64,000 bases of DNA from Takakia lepidozioides (taxonomy: Eukaryota > Plantae > Bryophyta), in assembly GCA_030704615.1 (NCBI GenBank), contig CM060734.1, positions 57,660,001 through 57,724,000 on the forward strand. Reading direction: 5' to 3'. The stretch's first letter is position 1. Each line of letters begins with the position of its first letter. The position numbers and the translations under genes were made by a program. Positions 51,319 to 64,000 of this stretch are shown here, piece by piece. Under the pieces are notes generated by a model, which was not told the origin of the DNA, did not search any database, and worked only from the letters and a program-made list of their open reading frames with translations.

Positions 51319-54300
51319 GTGCCACATTTGAGGAGTTCTTTGGTTCTATGATTCTGTTTTGTCACCCTGCCAAAGTAGCAGGAATGCTAAGTGAGGCTGC
51401 TCATGGGAGTCTGTGAGCCTGCTCATGCTCACGTGAGCTGGAGATTGCTGGCCCATGAGATCCTATTACCGTGGATGTGTTCCCCATTCCTGTGGGAATG
51501 GAGTGGTCTAGGTCCCCCATACCCACAGAAGACGGTCACCACTATGGGTACATTTGTGAGTAGGAGGGAGAAGGTGAATGGCCCAAATTTCAGGGTAAGG
51601 CAACTTTTTAATGCCAACAGCCCCAGACTGGTTGACAGGCAGCATGGAAGCCGGTATGAAGCGAGTACATTTGTGGAATCCACCTGGATGTGACATTGCA
51701 CACAGATTGCCAAGCATCTGGAAGGATTCCGTGCTTGCAGGCAAGGCTTACAGATAGGAGGGAGAGGTTAGCTGTCCGAAGAAAAGGATGGATATGCCCA
51801 TCTTAGAAGTATCCGGTTGACAAATTTTTGGAGACAACTTTTACCACAGAAAGGAGGTGGAGTGCTGGGGCCTGGTATTAGTGGAGTGCACTACAAGAGT
51901 TCTAAGTGGTGGTGACCTGTGTAGCAAGAGTGCAAGTATCAGGCTTGCACGTCAGGATTTTGATTTACTTAGTAGTACAAACGTCATTGACCGGAGGCAG
52001 ACGTGGCAGAAACTTAGATCGGAGTCACAAATGGGAAGACCCAAGTATTTTGGGAAAAGGACGGTTATTCCGGGAAAGGATGGTTGTCAGTACAATCCTT
52101 CCAATAATATGCTGCGAATTGTTACGGCTTCACAATAATACACTGCAAGATCAGATCAGTTTCTTGATGCCATCACAGAAGCTAGCAGGATTGCTTTGTG
52201 TGGATGAGAAGGAAGGGGAGCTTTGGGTGGCGCTACCAAATTCTTGTGTGGAATCTGGATGTGGAGAAGTCTGCCTGGCAAGACCAGAATTGGGCTTTGT
52301 GGACACACACAGCTGGATGTGTGTGCAGATTCCTGCAATCACTGGACAAAGGGAGGGAGTGGCGCTAAGAGTTTTCTGAAGTTCAAATCGCGCTGTAGTG
52401 CATCCCAAACCTGAGCTTAGTGGTTCTCTGAGAGAGTGGGATACAGAAAAGCTGAAGGTAGTTGCCAGCTTATCAGTATCACAGTACATCCAAATTATGA
52501 GGCATGTGTTTTCATTCTACCTTGTATTTGTGATGTTCTTTCAGCTTAATCGCTATTGTAATTTCCCATGTACATGTGTTTTATTGGGTGAGATGTGTGT
52601 TAGCATGTCAGCCTCTTCGAATGTGAAGGTTTGGAGACATGAATTTTTGTTGTCTGTCTTTGGGAATTTCAGACCCTGCATGTTAGGTCTGATCCCCTGT
52701 TCAATTTCTCTTGTAATAATGCATCTTGGAAAAAAGTAACACCCTTACGTTTGCATCTTTGCAGGAACAGAATGAAACTCCAGATCTTACGGGGGCCAGT
52801 TATGCGTAGAGAGTTTTTTTTGTCAGCTGCCAAAACTGAAACTACCATGATTGTGAATCAAGAACATCTTAATTGGAAGTTGACAAATCCCCCAGGTCAT
52901 TCATCATGCTGTTATTCTACTTTTTGCCAGTCTTATTTTCTGGGTTGTTCAGTGGAGGTTCCTATATGTCAAGTCTTATTATACCATTTGCGGAGCTTTG
53001 TGTACACTGTACACCAGTCATAAATGAATACGCCCTACCCGGACCCTTCAATATGCCCAAAATGTGATACCCGGCCAACACTGGCTACCAATTATAGGTC
53101 CGAAAAATGTGCATGAACGGCTGCTACCGATAATGGGTAGGGCTCATACACCTGGGCAAAGTACAGTGGCTAACTAGCAACTATACTTAATTGGTTCCTA
53201 AGATTCCTGTACATCGCCCACTTTTTGTTTGTCTCGGCTTTGTTAGGGGTAAATGATGGGCAAAATGTTGTATCCCTGGAAAATTAAAGGAAGTCCACCC
53301 TTTGGAACTCAAGTTTACATGCAGAACAATTGCCCTTTACCTGTAAGTAGCACCAGGCAAGGTTCTCTAATGCCAACCTTCCAAGAACGGGAAGGTGCGC
53401 TAGGACTGCATAACCACTGCATATCAACTGATCTAGGATGTTAGCTTAGCCCTGGGCTCCCCCTGCTTCCTCACTGACCTATCTTGCTCGAGGCCTTCAA
53501 CGTTGGCAGCAATATTCCAGAAAGGAAAACTGTAACAAGTGAGGTCAACCAGAATGGCAGGAGGAAGAATTATGACTCAACATCAAACTGTTATGTGACA
53601 TGATGGTCACAGCTTCAAACTTAGATGCAATTCTCGATGCATCACAAGCTGATTTCATATGCGAAGGATTTCTAGAATTGCAGCCACAAAGGCGGTGGCA
53701 TAAAATCAAACACAAGCCTGTCTAACAACCATCCACATTGTTGCCTCTGTGTCATGTCTGTGTAGATTGCCTTAGATTTGGCAATCTACGCAGACTTGTG
53801 CTTGTCACAATGCACATAAGCACATAAGCACATAAGCAGACTACCAATCCACCTGCATATCGGAGTGTGAAGCATGGTTAGAAGTAAGAGGCATTTCTGG
53901 ATTGCTGTCTTGCTCACTGCCACACTCAGATCCACTTGACTGATTTTTCCGCCAAGCCGCAATTGCGTCCACACACCATTAAGCACCCTTCAGAAATTTA
54001 CACAACAACAAAACAGCTGCAAGAATTTTACCCCAGAGATTGGAACCTTCAAGCAGAGACAACAGAAGGGAAGAAATTTGCACGGTGACATGTCTGAGCA
54101 AATTTCTAGCAGTAATGAGGGTTTTGGAGAAACAGGACAGGACATAATGAAGCTTCATCAGCTGTCAGCAGGTTTGATTATTCAGTCCATAGTTCGTCAT
54201 CCCTCACCCACCTTCATCTTCTTGAGAAGAGGAAGATATGGCTGCTTGGTACTGGCGCTTCATGTCTTAGAACTTCCAGCGAATGAGGTGAGATACGAAT

Positions 54301-54778
54301 GATGGAGAAGAGACAGTCCCGTGATAAACGGGAGAAAGGATGTGAAGGATCACGGTTGTGAGAGCAAATGACCCACTCACATATTCCATACGGTTATTAG
54401 ACAGACAACAGCACCTCCTCCTTCATAAGCTCCAGGCATGCATGGAAAACCCGTGAACGACAAACCAAGAACGATTGCTATGCGTACAACTCACTATAAC
54501 AGGCCGAAAACATTCATTGACCTCTTCATGTGCAGAACAAACCCTAGATGGTGACGGCAGCGAGCAAATCATCTCATTAACATTAGGGATAGAGTCCAAC
54601 AAAATGGAATTCAAGAGATTCAAACTCCCCAAACTGGAGATCCAAGTGCGTAAACCTCCAGGCCACCGTGTGGACCCATCACCATGCGCAGCTTCATCTC
54701 TAATAGGGGCCTACCACAATACCACCCAAGACATACAATCTTCGCCTCTGCTGAGCCCGCCATCCTCATACAAAATCC

Positions 54779-55114
54779 TCATTCAGTCGGCATAGACCTG
54801 ATGATATCAGAGTCACCAGGGTCAGTGATGCTTAAGCAGCAGACACGGTAATACTTGCCACAGGCGGTGCCCAAATCAACGTTATTCCCGCTGTAGTGGT
54901 GAACACCAGTCTTGGACAACATGGCGTAATACTCAATCTCCGACTTCCTCAGAGGCGGGCAATTGTTGGCAATGATCACCAGCTTCCCCTTGCCTCCCCT
55001 CAGCGACTTGAGCGTTGTGGTGTAGCCCAGCGTGAACTTTCCTGACTTCATTACCAGGGCCAGCCTATTGTTGATGCTCTCCTGCGCCTTCTTGGTCTTC
55101 TTAGCGGCCACCAT
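54779..55114 (-). CDS. RPL30: 60S ribosomal protein L30 (eL30), intronless CDS
   Basis: [46 protein letters not shown]; complete ORF. Confidence 0.97.
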   Translation of the reverse strand: MVAAKKTKKAQESINNRLALVMKSGKFTLGYTTTLKSLRGGKGKLVIIANNCPPLRKSEIEYYAMLSKTGVHHYSGNNVDLGTACGKYYRVCCLSITDPGDSDIIRSMPTE

Positions 55115-55276
55115 CTTGGCTTCCTTTCTCGCTCACAGAGATGGCGGCGACGGTCCCTCGAGCAACGGAGACGAAAGAGAGGGATCCACCAACCCTCCTC
55201 CCCGTCCTCAACCCTCAGATGCCCGGGTCTCTCCGGGTGACCCGCCGCACACCGCGTCAATAAGCGACAAGCCCAA

Positions 55277-55331
55277 GTTAGGGTTTCACATTTAGGGTTT
55301 AGGGTTTAAGCTCTGATGGGGTCTAGGGTTT
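55277..55331. promoter_or_regulatory. Telo-box cluster in a probable bidirectional promoter
   Basis: Four TAGGGTTT copies plus a site II-like AGCCCA at ~55270, between divergent transcription units. Confidence 0.7.
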
Positions 55332-55339
55332 ACAGAATT

Positions 55340-55605
55340 CTGAAGTAGAGGCTGGGCCTCGTTGAGAATACTCAGGGGTACTGACAATGTTTCGCTTGAG
55401 GGGCGAGGGGAAGAAGCTGGTGATCATTCTCAACGTCTGCCCGTCTCGCATGGCTTTCGAGATTGATGCAATGCTATTGGAATACGTCGTTCATCGGTAC
55501 AGCGGGAGTAATGCTGAGTTTGGCACTTCCTGCGGGACATTTCCTCGGGTCTGCTGCTTGGGCAGCGCTGCCCCTCTAGACTTGATATCAGCAGGTCCAT
55601 ACCTG
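55340..55605 (+). pseudogene. Diverged inverted copy of RPL30 (open 55387-55677)
   Basis: LRGEGKKLVIILNVCP..EIDAML..VHRYSGSNAEFGTSCGTFPRVCCL aligns with [40 protein letters not shown]. Confidence 0.88.
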
Positions 55606-55699
55606 CTATATAGAGACAACACTGGTTGTTGCCATCCACAATTTTATATGAAGGTGTCAGGCGTGGCAGAGGAATGATTCCGTGTGTTGGCGATGTGGA

Positions 55700-58600
55700 A
55701 TGGGCTTTGATAGAAAAATCTGCGGTCTTCGGTATGCTTTGTATTCATCGTCTTGTCTGTAGTTTGAATTTGAAAAATTGGGAGGGTGGATAGCTTTACA
55801 CAAATGGTTAAAGTCCGATCACAGAGAGTGCTACAGTTAGTAGGCATTGAATGTTGGCAATTTTATTATGAATAATCCTCGAATAGTCATTGAAGCAGTT
55901 TGGCATTGTCACTTGCTTATTTATCGTGCAGGGCTGTGGCATTGCAAGTCTGGAATCGGACCCAGTTGTCTGTTCGAAATCAGAGTGGGAGCAAGGGCAT
56001 TAGCGTTGGCGCATTACCTTTAGCCGCTACTGCTAGAGGAGATGGGAGATCGATCCATAAGGAGGAGGGATGCAATAATGAATCTTCTGAAACTAGATCT
56101 AATTTGAGCAAATTGCTCAAGGAGGGACGATTGAATGAGGTATTGCAACTTCTGGATCTCGTGAAACACCGAGGCTTTCGCACGTATGTCAAGACCTGCA
56201 CGTCTCTCTTGCAGGGGTGTGCAAAGATGAAATCCCTGGCAGATGGCAAGGGGTTCCACGCCCACATCATTAACAGTGGATTTAATCTAGACATCTCCCT
56301 AGGAAACAACCTTCTCAGCATGTACATGAAGTGTGGAACTGCGGTGGATGCTCGCCAAGTATTTGACAAAATGTTGAAACGAGATGTGGTTTCATGGAAT
56401 ATGATGATTTCCGGATTAGCTCAACAAGGGCATGTTGAAGAGGCATTCCAATTTTTTCAGCAAATGCAACGACAGAAGGTGAAGCCAAATAAGATCACAT
56501 TCATGAGCATCCTCACTGCATGTGCTGGCCCAGTAGCTCTGGATCATGGCAAGTGGCTCCATGCAGGCATTGTCAAAGCTCGATTGGAGTCAGATGTCCG
56601 GGTGGGGACTGCCCTTGTTAGCATGTATTGCAAGTGCGGGAGGGTGGGGGATGCGCGGAAAGTGTTTGACAAGTTGCAAGAGCGAGATGTGGTCTCATGG
56701 ACTGCAATGATTGCAGGATCTGCTCAGCATGGTCATGGAAAGGAGGCTTTCGAACTCTTTTGCCAGATGCAAAGAGAGAGTGTAAAGGCAGACAAGATCA
56801 CCTTTGTTTGCGTCCTCAATGCATGTGCCAGCCCAGCAGCTCTTGAACAGGGCAAGCTGCTCCATGATTGCATCATCAAAGCTGGATTGGAGTCAGATGT
56901 CCGGGTGGGGAATGCCCTCATCAGTATGTATTGCAAGTGTGGAGCTGTGGTGGTTGCCCGTCAAGTCTTTGACAAAATGCCTTGGCGAGATGTGGTTTCG
57001 TGGAATGCTATAATTGCAGGATCTGCACAGCATGGGCATGGTAAGGAAGCTTTTGAAATGTACCACCAAATGCAAATAGAAGGCATGAAGGCAGACGAGG
57101 TCACTTTCATTGGCATCCTCAACACCTGTGCCAGCCCAGCCGCTCTAGAACAGGGTGTGCAGCTCCATGCGAGCATCATCAAGGCTGGATTGGATTCAGA
57201 TGTTCGATTGGGGAATGCCCTTGTCAGCATGTACTGCAAGTGCGGGAGTGTGATGGATGCACGGCAAGTCTTTGAGAAAATGCCAAAGCGAGATGTAATC
57301 TCATGGAACACGATGATCGGAGGAATTGCTCAGCATGGCAATGGTGAGGAGGCTTTTGAACTCTTTTGGAACATGCAAAACGAGTGTATGCAAGCAGACA
57401 AGGTCACTTACATTAGTATCCTCAGGATATGTGCCAACCTGGCAGCTCTTGAAGAGGGGAAGCGGATCCATGCCCATGTCATCAAAGCTGGATTTGAGTC
57501 AGATGTCTGTGTGGCAAATACTCTTGTCAGCATGTACTGCAAGTGTAGGAGTGTTGCCGATGCACGCCAAGTGTTCTACAAAATGCTTCAACGAGGTGCA
57601 GTCTCAACAGGATCTGCTCAGCAATGGCATGGTGAAGAGGCATTTGAACCCTTTCCACAAATGCAACAAGACGGTGTGAAGCCTGATAAGGTTGTTTTCA
57701 TCAGCATCCTCGACGCCTGTGCCAGCCTAGCAGCTCTGGAGGAAGGCAAACGGGTCCATGCCCACATAATCAAGTCTGGGTTTGAGTCAGATGTCTCTGT
57801 GGGGACTGCCCTTGTCGACATGTATGGGAAGTGTGGGAGCGTGGGGGATGCAAGGAAAGTCTTTGACAAAATTCCTGAACAAGACATAATCTTGTGGAAT
57901 GCTATGATTACAGGATATGCCCAGCATGGTCATGGCAAGGATTCCCTGCAACTCTTCGATCAGATGCTATTGAGAGGGTTAAAGCCAAATGAGGTAACGC
58001 TTATTGGCGTTCTCTCTGCATGCAGCCATGTGGGCCTAGTGGAGGAAGGGTATCATTACTTCCGTTCTATGAGTCAAGATCATGCCATCACACCAACAGG
58101 AAAGCATTATAGCTGCATGGTTGACCTTCTTGGTCGTGCAGGGTATCTGAAGGATGCAGAAAACCTCATCAAGGAAATGTCATTCAAACCAGGTGCTTCT
58201 GTGTGGGGGGCCTTGCTTAGTGCCTGCAGAATACACAGCAATGTCGATCTAGCAGAGCGTGCTGCAGAATGTCTCCTTGAGTTGGAACCAGAAGATGCTT
58301 CAGTATATGTGCTTCTTTCACACACCTATGCTGCAGCTGGTAGGTGGGATGCTGTTGCAAAGGTGAGGAAAGTGATGGAGGGCAGAAAAGTGAAAAAGGA
58401 TGCAGGGTGGAGCTGGATTGAGGTCAACAATAGGGTGCATTCATTTGGTGCAGAAGATAGATCACACTCACAAACGCAGGAAATATATGCTGAGTTGGAG
58501 GTATTGACCAGGCAAATGAAGGAGAGGGGGTATGTCCCTGACACACGCTTTGTATTGCACAACGTTGGAGAGCCGGATAAGGAACAGGCTCTGTGTCATC

Positions 58601-58809
58601 ATAGTGAAAAACTGGCCATTGCTTTTGGGCTCATCAGCACACCTGCTGGGACACCTATCCATATATTCAAGAACCTTCGCATTTGTGGTGATTGCCACAC
58701 TGCCACCAAGCTCATCTCCAAGATTGTTGGGCGAGAAATTCTTGCAAGAGATGCTAGCCGCTTCCATCATTTCAAGGATGGAGCATGTTCTTGTGGGGAT
58801 TATTGGTGA
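55700..58809 (+). CDS. PLS-class PPR-E-DYW editing factor (~20 repeats). Predicted exons 55700-55731 and 55932-58809
   Basis: Long ORF with L-S-P triplets, E1/E2, HSEKLA, CGDCH and GDYW. ATG 55700 joins in phase via a CG|GTATGC donor and TGCAG acceptor; the start is inferred. Confidence 0.95.
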
Positions 58810-61800
58810 TTATAAGCAACATGGAAACACGGATACATCCTTTTTAAGTACTGCAGCCTTCAACATGCCGGTAATCCCTAGTGCGCTCCGGGACCATTAG
58901 TCCCATTGTTATGGCGGTTACAGTGGTAATGGATAAAGATCGCTCTCACCCATTCTTCCCAGCCATATGCGAGGGAGAGAGATGACCCAGCCGTAACTAA
59001 GAGCCACTTCACTGACAGGAGCATGGAACATGAAATTATCTTGGCAGAGTTCAGCGCGGTCCACTGGAATTTGAGCCCCTGTTCAAGCTCATCGTCTTCC
59101 TGGACAGATCGTGTTAGGCCATTGGCCACCAGCAAGAGTGCATCGCAGCTCCCAGAAATAAGTCCAACCTGACTCCAAAATTGGCTGGTTCACTAAGTGT
59201 GCCACTGGTCTTGGCATCACCTCAGTGGAAGCACAAGTTAGCCGTTTCCTTGCAGACACAAAACGTACAAATTTCCGGATTTGATCTACCCCTGGTGTTA
59301 TCCTCACAAAGCAGCACAGGAACAGGGTGAACAGGAACAATAACCTTGGAAGATTCACGTGGTTCATATCTTGGGCTCGATGCATCTGCTCACCTCATAA
59401 ATTCCAAATTTACAGGGATACCCCTCCTTGTCAAGGATACATGCATCCTGATGCCATACTACTTGTCGACAACTCGGGCTGTGGGGACTCTCAGGAATCA
59501 GCTTCAACAATCGTAATCTTGAGACAGGCAGATGGATGACGTATACCATGAACTCTATGTCGCAAGATGTTTTCCTCAACTAATTGACAAGTTTGAACAT
59601 AAATTGCTAGCTTTCAACATCTTCTTTTTCCTTGCTCGACAGGCTGCCCGGTGTTTTAATATACATGGATGCGGCACAGCAGAAGGTGAGAGTTACTGTA
59701 TAACAGCACTTGAGCAGGGCTTTTGAACTCAAGCAAAGGGAATGTTTTGGATGCTCAATCTGTCAAAGCCTGTGACTTAATCAACCTCGTCAAGTCAGCA
59801 AAAGATCTATCACAGGTACAGAACTTAGATAACCTTTTAAACATTAGTGTGCTCTGAAAGTGCTGACAGGTTTATGCGCACTCGTACTGACGAGTCCAAA
59901 TGAATTGGTTGCATCAAGCTGGTCGTTTTTCACGTATCTTCCACTGCTTTTTGAATCAGTAACTGTTTTTTGGATAATGATAGTATTGTTTTTCTGATTG
60001 GTTCCTGTAGCAAGAAATACATATAGTCTTCACTTGACACCAGCTTCATGAGGTGGGTTACTGGAAGATCAATCAAGCTTATAATTGTCAATCTGGATGG
60101 TCCATTGTTTTGTATTCTCTGCCTGTCTCCTCCTTAAACCCTCTGGTTAGGGGCACCAGTGTGCGCTGCTGTGTCTAAGAAGTTTGGACCAGCTTTGCTT
60201 GCTGGTGCAAATGGAATTAAGCCTTGTAGGCTTATATTGTTTATTCATGAAGCTTTGTCAGTCATGCCAACTGCAACTAAATGATTCTGCTATGGGGTTT
60301 TGTTGCAATACTGAGATTAGACTTTTTTTTTTTCTCTCAGGGCTTGTAGAAATATTGGAGCGAAAGGCATCAGGGCACGATGTCCCTGTGCTCTTGCCGC
60401 CCGACTACTGGCTCAGCCCTTTCCCACCTCCTGTGAGTTCCAGTATCCACAGTTATCAATGCTAATTTGAAATTAGTGGCGAATGCAATGTAAAGCCATT
60501 CCACTTGGCATGCTCTGTTTGTCATTGGGCAGATTTTAAATAATTCCAGTAGTGATCTTCTTTTGTGTGGCCAGATCATTCTCATTTCCTGCCAAAGAAC
60601 TCGCATATTAATCATGTAATAGCTCTTAGAATGATTTTTACTGCTTTTAAGAGGGGGGCAGCCCCCAAGAGAGACACCAAACGGGCCGAGGATGATACCT
60701 GACGCAGGTCCTCACTTGATATGTGGCTTGTTGCTGGATGGATCTTTGTGGCACACACATACATTGTTTCTAACATGATGTAACTGCTGAACTAGGTTGG
60801 CTACATTGAGGGAACTATCTCAAAGACTGATGCAATGGAGATGACAGCAAAAAGTTATGTGTGATCAGGTATGGAAGTTGACTCGCCACTGAGGCAGGGC
60901 CATCTTCTCCTGCACCCCTCGTCACACTAGATATGGGAGATTAGACAAATGTGTTCATTTTAATGCACGCATGGTCATAGACCAAGCCTGTTCTGAGAAT
61001 ATTCAAGTATACCTCAGGATACAGACCTGGCGTCATCCTCTGAAACTCCAGCACTAAGTGAATTGAAGTGCAATGACAAATTGTTCGATGCGTTCAAGAG
61101 GACTTGAGAGTATTTGCCATCCTCACCCTTTGTATAATGTACCCATCAGCACCGGACATGCAGCACTAAGGACAAACTGATCCATGTGAGGAAAATTCAA
61201 ACATGCAAGTAGTCCTGCCAATGGTGTTGCCATCATCTCTCCTTTGGAACACCAAAATAGGTTCATGCAAGAGAGGAGATGCAGATCGATGCCAGCATTG
61301 TCATCAAGGGTGGAAGGAGCCGTTCTAGTTTTGAGTAGACAAGGATCAGAGACACGGATCAGAGACACATATATACGGACCAAGAGCCTCCACCCATGAG
61401 TTCGGGAGCTGCTGAGCACAACATTGTGAGTCTGGGAGATTGTGCCCAGACTTACAGAAAGCTACTGACGAGTAATGGGAGAAGATTCACAAGATTTACA
61501 AGATTCACAAGCATGGATTACAGGTTTAAAGCTCATTGGCTCAGGGTCTCACGAATCCTCCTCATGGATTGGTTTGTCTTTTGGCCTACAATATACCCTG
61601 ACAAACAATGTACAATGTGTGGCTCTCAACCATCCCTGGCTGCATCTTCTTTTACATTGCAAAGACCCAAGACTACATGGCTTCTAAATTACTCCAGAAT
61701 TGAGGGTCTAGCACCTCCAAAATCTCCTCCTATCACATCCTACATCCACATGGCTTAACATCAACCTCATCAAAGTTGGTACTTGGCAGGTTCCAAGGTA

Positions 61801-62502
61801 GACCATTGACCGCATATGCATATGTATGTCACACATCTCAACCTTTGAAACAGAATGTATGTCCCCTCTTCTCAAAAGAGAAAAAAACAAGAAATGTATG
61901 GAATGGCGCAGTAGTTCTTGGACATAAAGTGCTACCATGAGTTAGTTTGCTTTGGGCAGGATTATTTTGGAATGGTGATCATCCTACAAGTTTCCGATGC
62001 CACCAAAAATATGCAGAAATCCATTTACAAAGTGTGAAGGAAAAGTCAGTAGGTCAACAATACCTACACAAATGCCCTGAAAATCTTGCTACAAAACAGT
62101 CAAATGCATATTGATTCTGTCATTGCAGAATTTTGGGATGAGAGGGATCAAACTAGGATTGTCTTGGACTGAAATGGATTGTTTATTTCCATACTGAAAT
62201 GGATTGTTTTGGACATAGAAAACAGAAAAGAGAGAACACACTAGATCTGCTATCTAACGCCGTGATGGACATTTGACATTTTTCACCGGCTTTGAGTAAG
62301 TCCGAAGTATATAGAAAATGAATGGCATTGAATACCTTTTGTCAAATTCTTCAAAATGTAATCATCAGTCAAGTGGAGGACGTGGCCAACACCTATATAA
62401 CATCAAATCTCCAAGGTGGCTTTCATTTCCAATGTAAATGTTTGCAACAAACCATGCAAGAACGTGATACAGTTCAAAAGAATCTCTAAAGTTGGCATTG
62501 TC

Positions 62503-62730
62503 CCAGGTGTTGCGCACGCAAACGTGATGAGTGTCACGAAGAAATAAACGAAATCACGTGATATTACGTGATATTCAGTCATAAGCTCTAGGTTGAACAA
62601 TTTTTGGATTCCACTTCGTGATATTACGTGACATATCACGAAGAAATAAGCTAAATCTCGTGATATTACGTTATCATGTGTTATTACGTGATATCACGTA
62701 ATAAGCTTTCGGTTGACAATTTTTGGATTT
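62503..62730. repeat. ~100-bp tandem duplication rich in CGTGATATTA motifs, possibly a DNA transposon end
   Basis: cacgaagaaataa...cgtgatattacgt...ataagct...caatttttggatt occurs twice, preceded by CAGGTGTTGC. Confidence 0.6.
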
Positions 62731-64000
62731 CAAACCCACTTCCCAAAGTTTGTGAGGGGGAGGGAGAGAGCTTTAAGAAAAAAAAAGAAAAAAAAAAGAG
62801 AAAAACTGGTGTATTAGTTAGAATGTTAGTTCTATGATCGCATGGATAGAACTGGTGTATTAGTTATAATCTTCTCTCTCTCAGCTGGGGCTGGTGTTTC
62901 AAAATAACAATACAAATATTAATATTAATATTAATTTTATAATTTTGAATTTATCCCTTACTGATAAATGGCCACATAACATGGGTCACTCATCCAAAGG
63001 ACCTTCAGTGAGACAGTGAAAGCGGTCCAATTCACACGGGCCTCTTGTGAGGCATTCATTCCCTGCACTGTTCCACCAAACAGCATTCCTTCAAGGAATG
63101 AACCGCTTTTTATCCACTACGCTATGCTGCTCTCTTCTATTCTCGTCCTGCCCCTCTGCATGGCAATTCACTATTTGAAGCCAGCGGCCGGACAAGTCCC
63201 TCCTTTGATGCTCGCTCTGTCGGGCCGACCTTGGATATCCACGGCTTCGCTTGTGTTGTGATTGGCGCAAACAGAAGCCTGGAGGATTGATAGCACCGGA
63301 CTGCTTTTATTAACACTGCATACTACAAAACAGCTGAGGTCAGAGGGGAGTGGCGCAGATGGTGGCTGCCATCACTACCTCTACACTGCACGCTCAGTTT
63401 ATTCCATGGCGAGAGGTCAGAGCAAGCTGTAACCAGCCCATCCTGTTGAAACCAGTGGATGGGTGTCGGCTCCCATACCACCTTCCGAGTCAATACTTAC
63501 CAACAACATGGCAAGTGGGAACTCGAATCACTGTGATCATCGATGGAGGATCTCTTTTTTTCCTTAGATCCAGCAAAGTGAGATCACCGTCACCAACCTT
63601 TGGATGAATCTCTGCAATATAGGTAGCCATCTCCTAGTTTTTTATGGAGGCAGACGCTCCAAGACCGTGGACAAAAATAAGTTGCAGCCTGGTAGCTTTT
63701 CAGTCAATAATGCCCTTACGTACGTAGTAGGGAAATACAGATATCTGCAACAAATGCTGTTGTGATCAGACTGGCGATGCTGCGGCTGGGCCCTACAAGG
63801 AGAAGTACCCTTTATGAGGAAATAAGACAACAAGTCTACGCTGCGTGTTTAGTCTACGTGACAGAAAGTGACACCACCATCCCCAACATCGGATTGATTT
63901 CTATTTCATAAGGAACACCATCGCAACTTTCCACGAGGGCGTACTGATGATTTGTTGGTAATGATGATACGCACTACAGCGTGCCTGCATCCATTCATTT

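Noticed and set aside
55900-55931. TTG start of the 969-aa ORF
   Set aside because: Intron-like sequence ending in TGCAG; an in-phase upstream ATG exon exists.
58900-64000. Scattered exon-like segments and short ORFs
   Set aside because: No recognisable protein family or consistent reading frame.

Overview
Eukaryotic nuclear DNA from a land plant, most likely a non-seed plant (bryophyte/lycophyte-like, inferred from the DYW-PPR style and TE content). Host genes: two PLS-E-DYW PPR RNA-editing factors, an IRX10/GUT1-like GT47 glycosyltransferase, a REM-type double-B3 protein, exportin-T (PAUSED) and an intronless RPL30. TEs: several LINEs, a hAT MITE with a perfect 8-bp TSD, tRNA-derived SINE-like elements and a ~8.7-kb non-autonomous CACTA-like element. 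Main finding: the first DYW gene is longer than the ORF track shows. A ~575-bp tandem repeat upstream is an array of exon pairs (95 nt + 148 nt, alternating GT-AG and GC-AG introns). Each pair encodes one OSB-type PDF motif (WWDxR...PDFKHK...LW...PxWV), giving a predicted (PDF)3-4-PPR-E-DYW fusion of an ssDNA-binding module with a cytidine deaminase. The CACTA-like element carries scrambled pieces of this same gene family plus JmjC, MIRO and SEC13 fragments. Also noted: a chromo-like tail on the B3 protein and an inverted, decayed RPL30 copy in the leader of the second DYW gene. All calls were made by eye; no searches were run.
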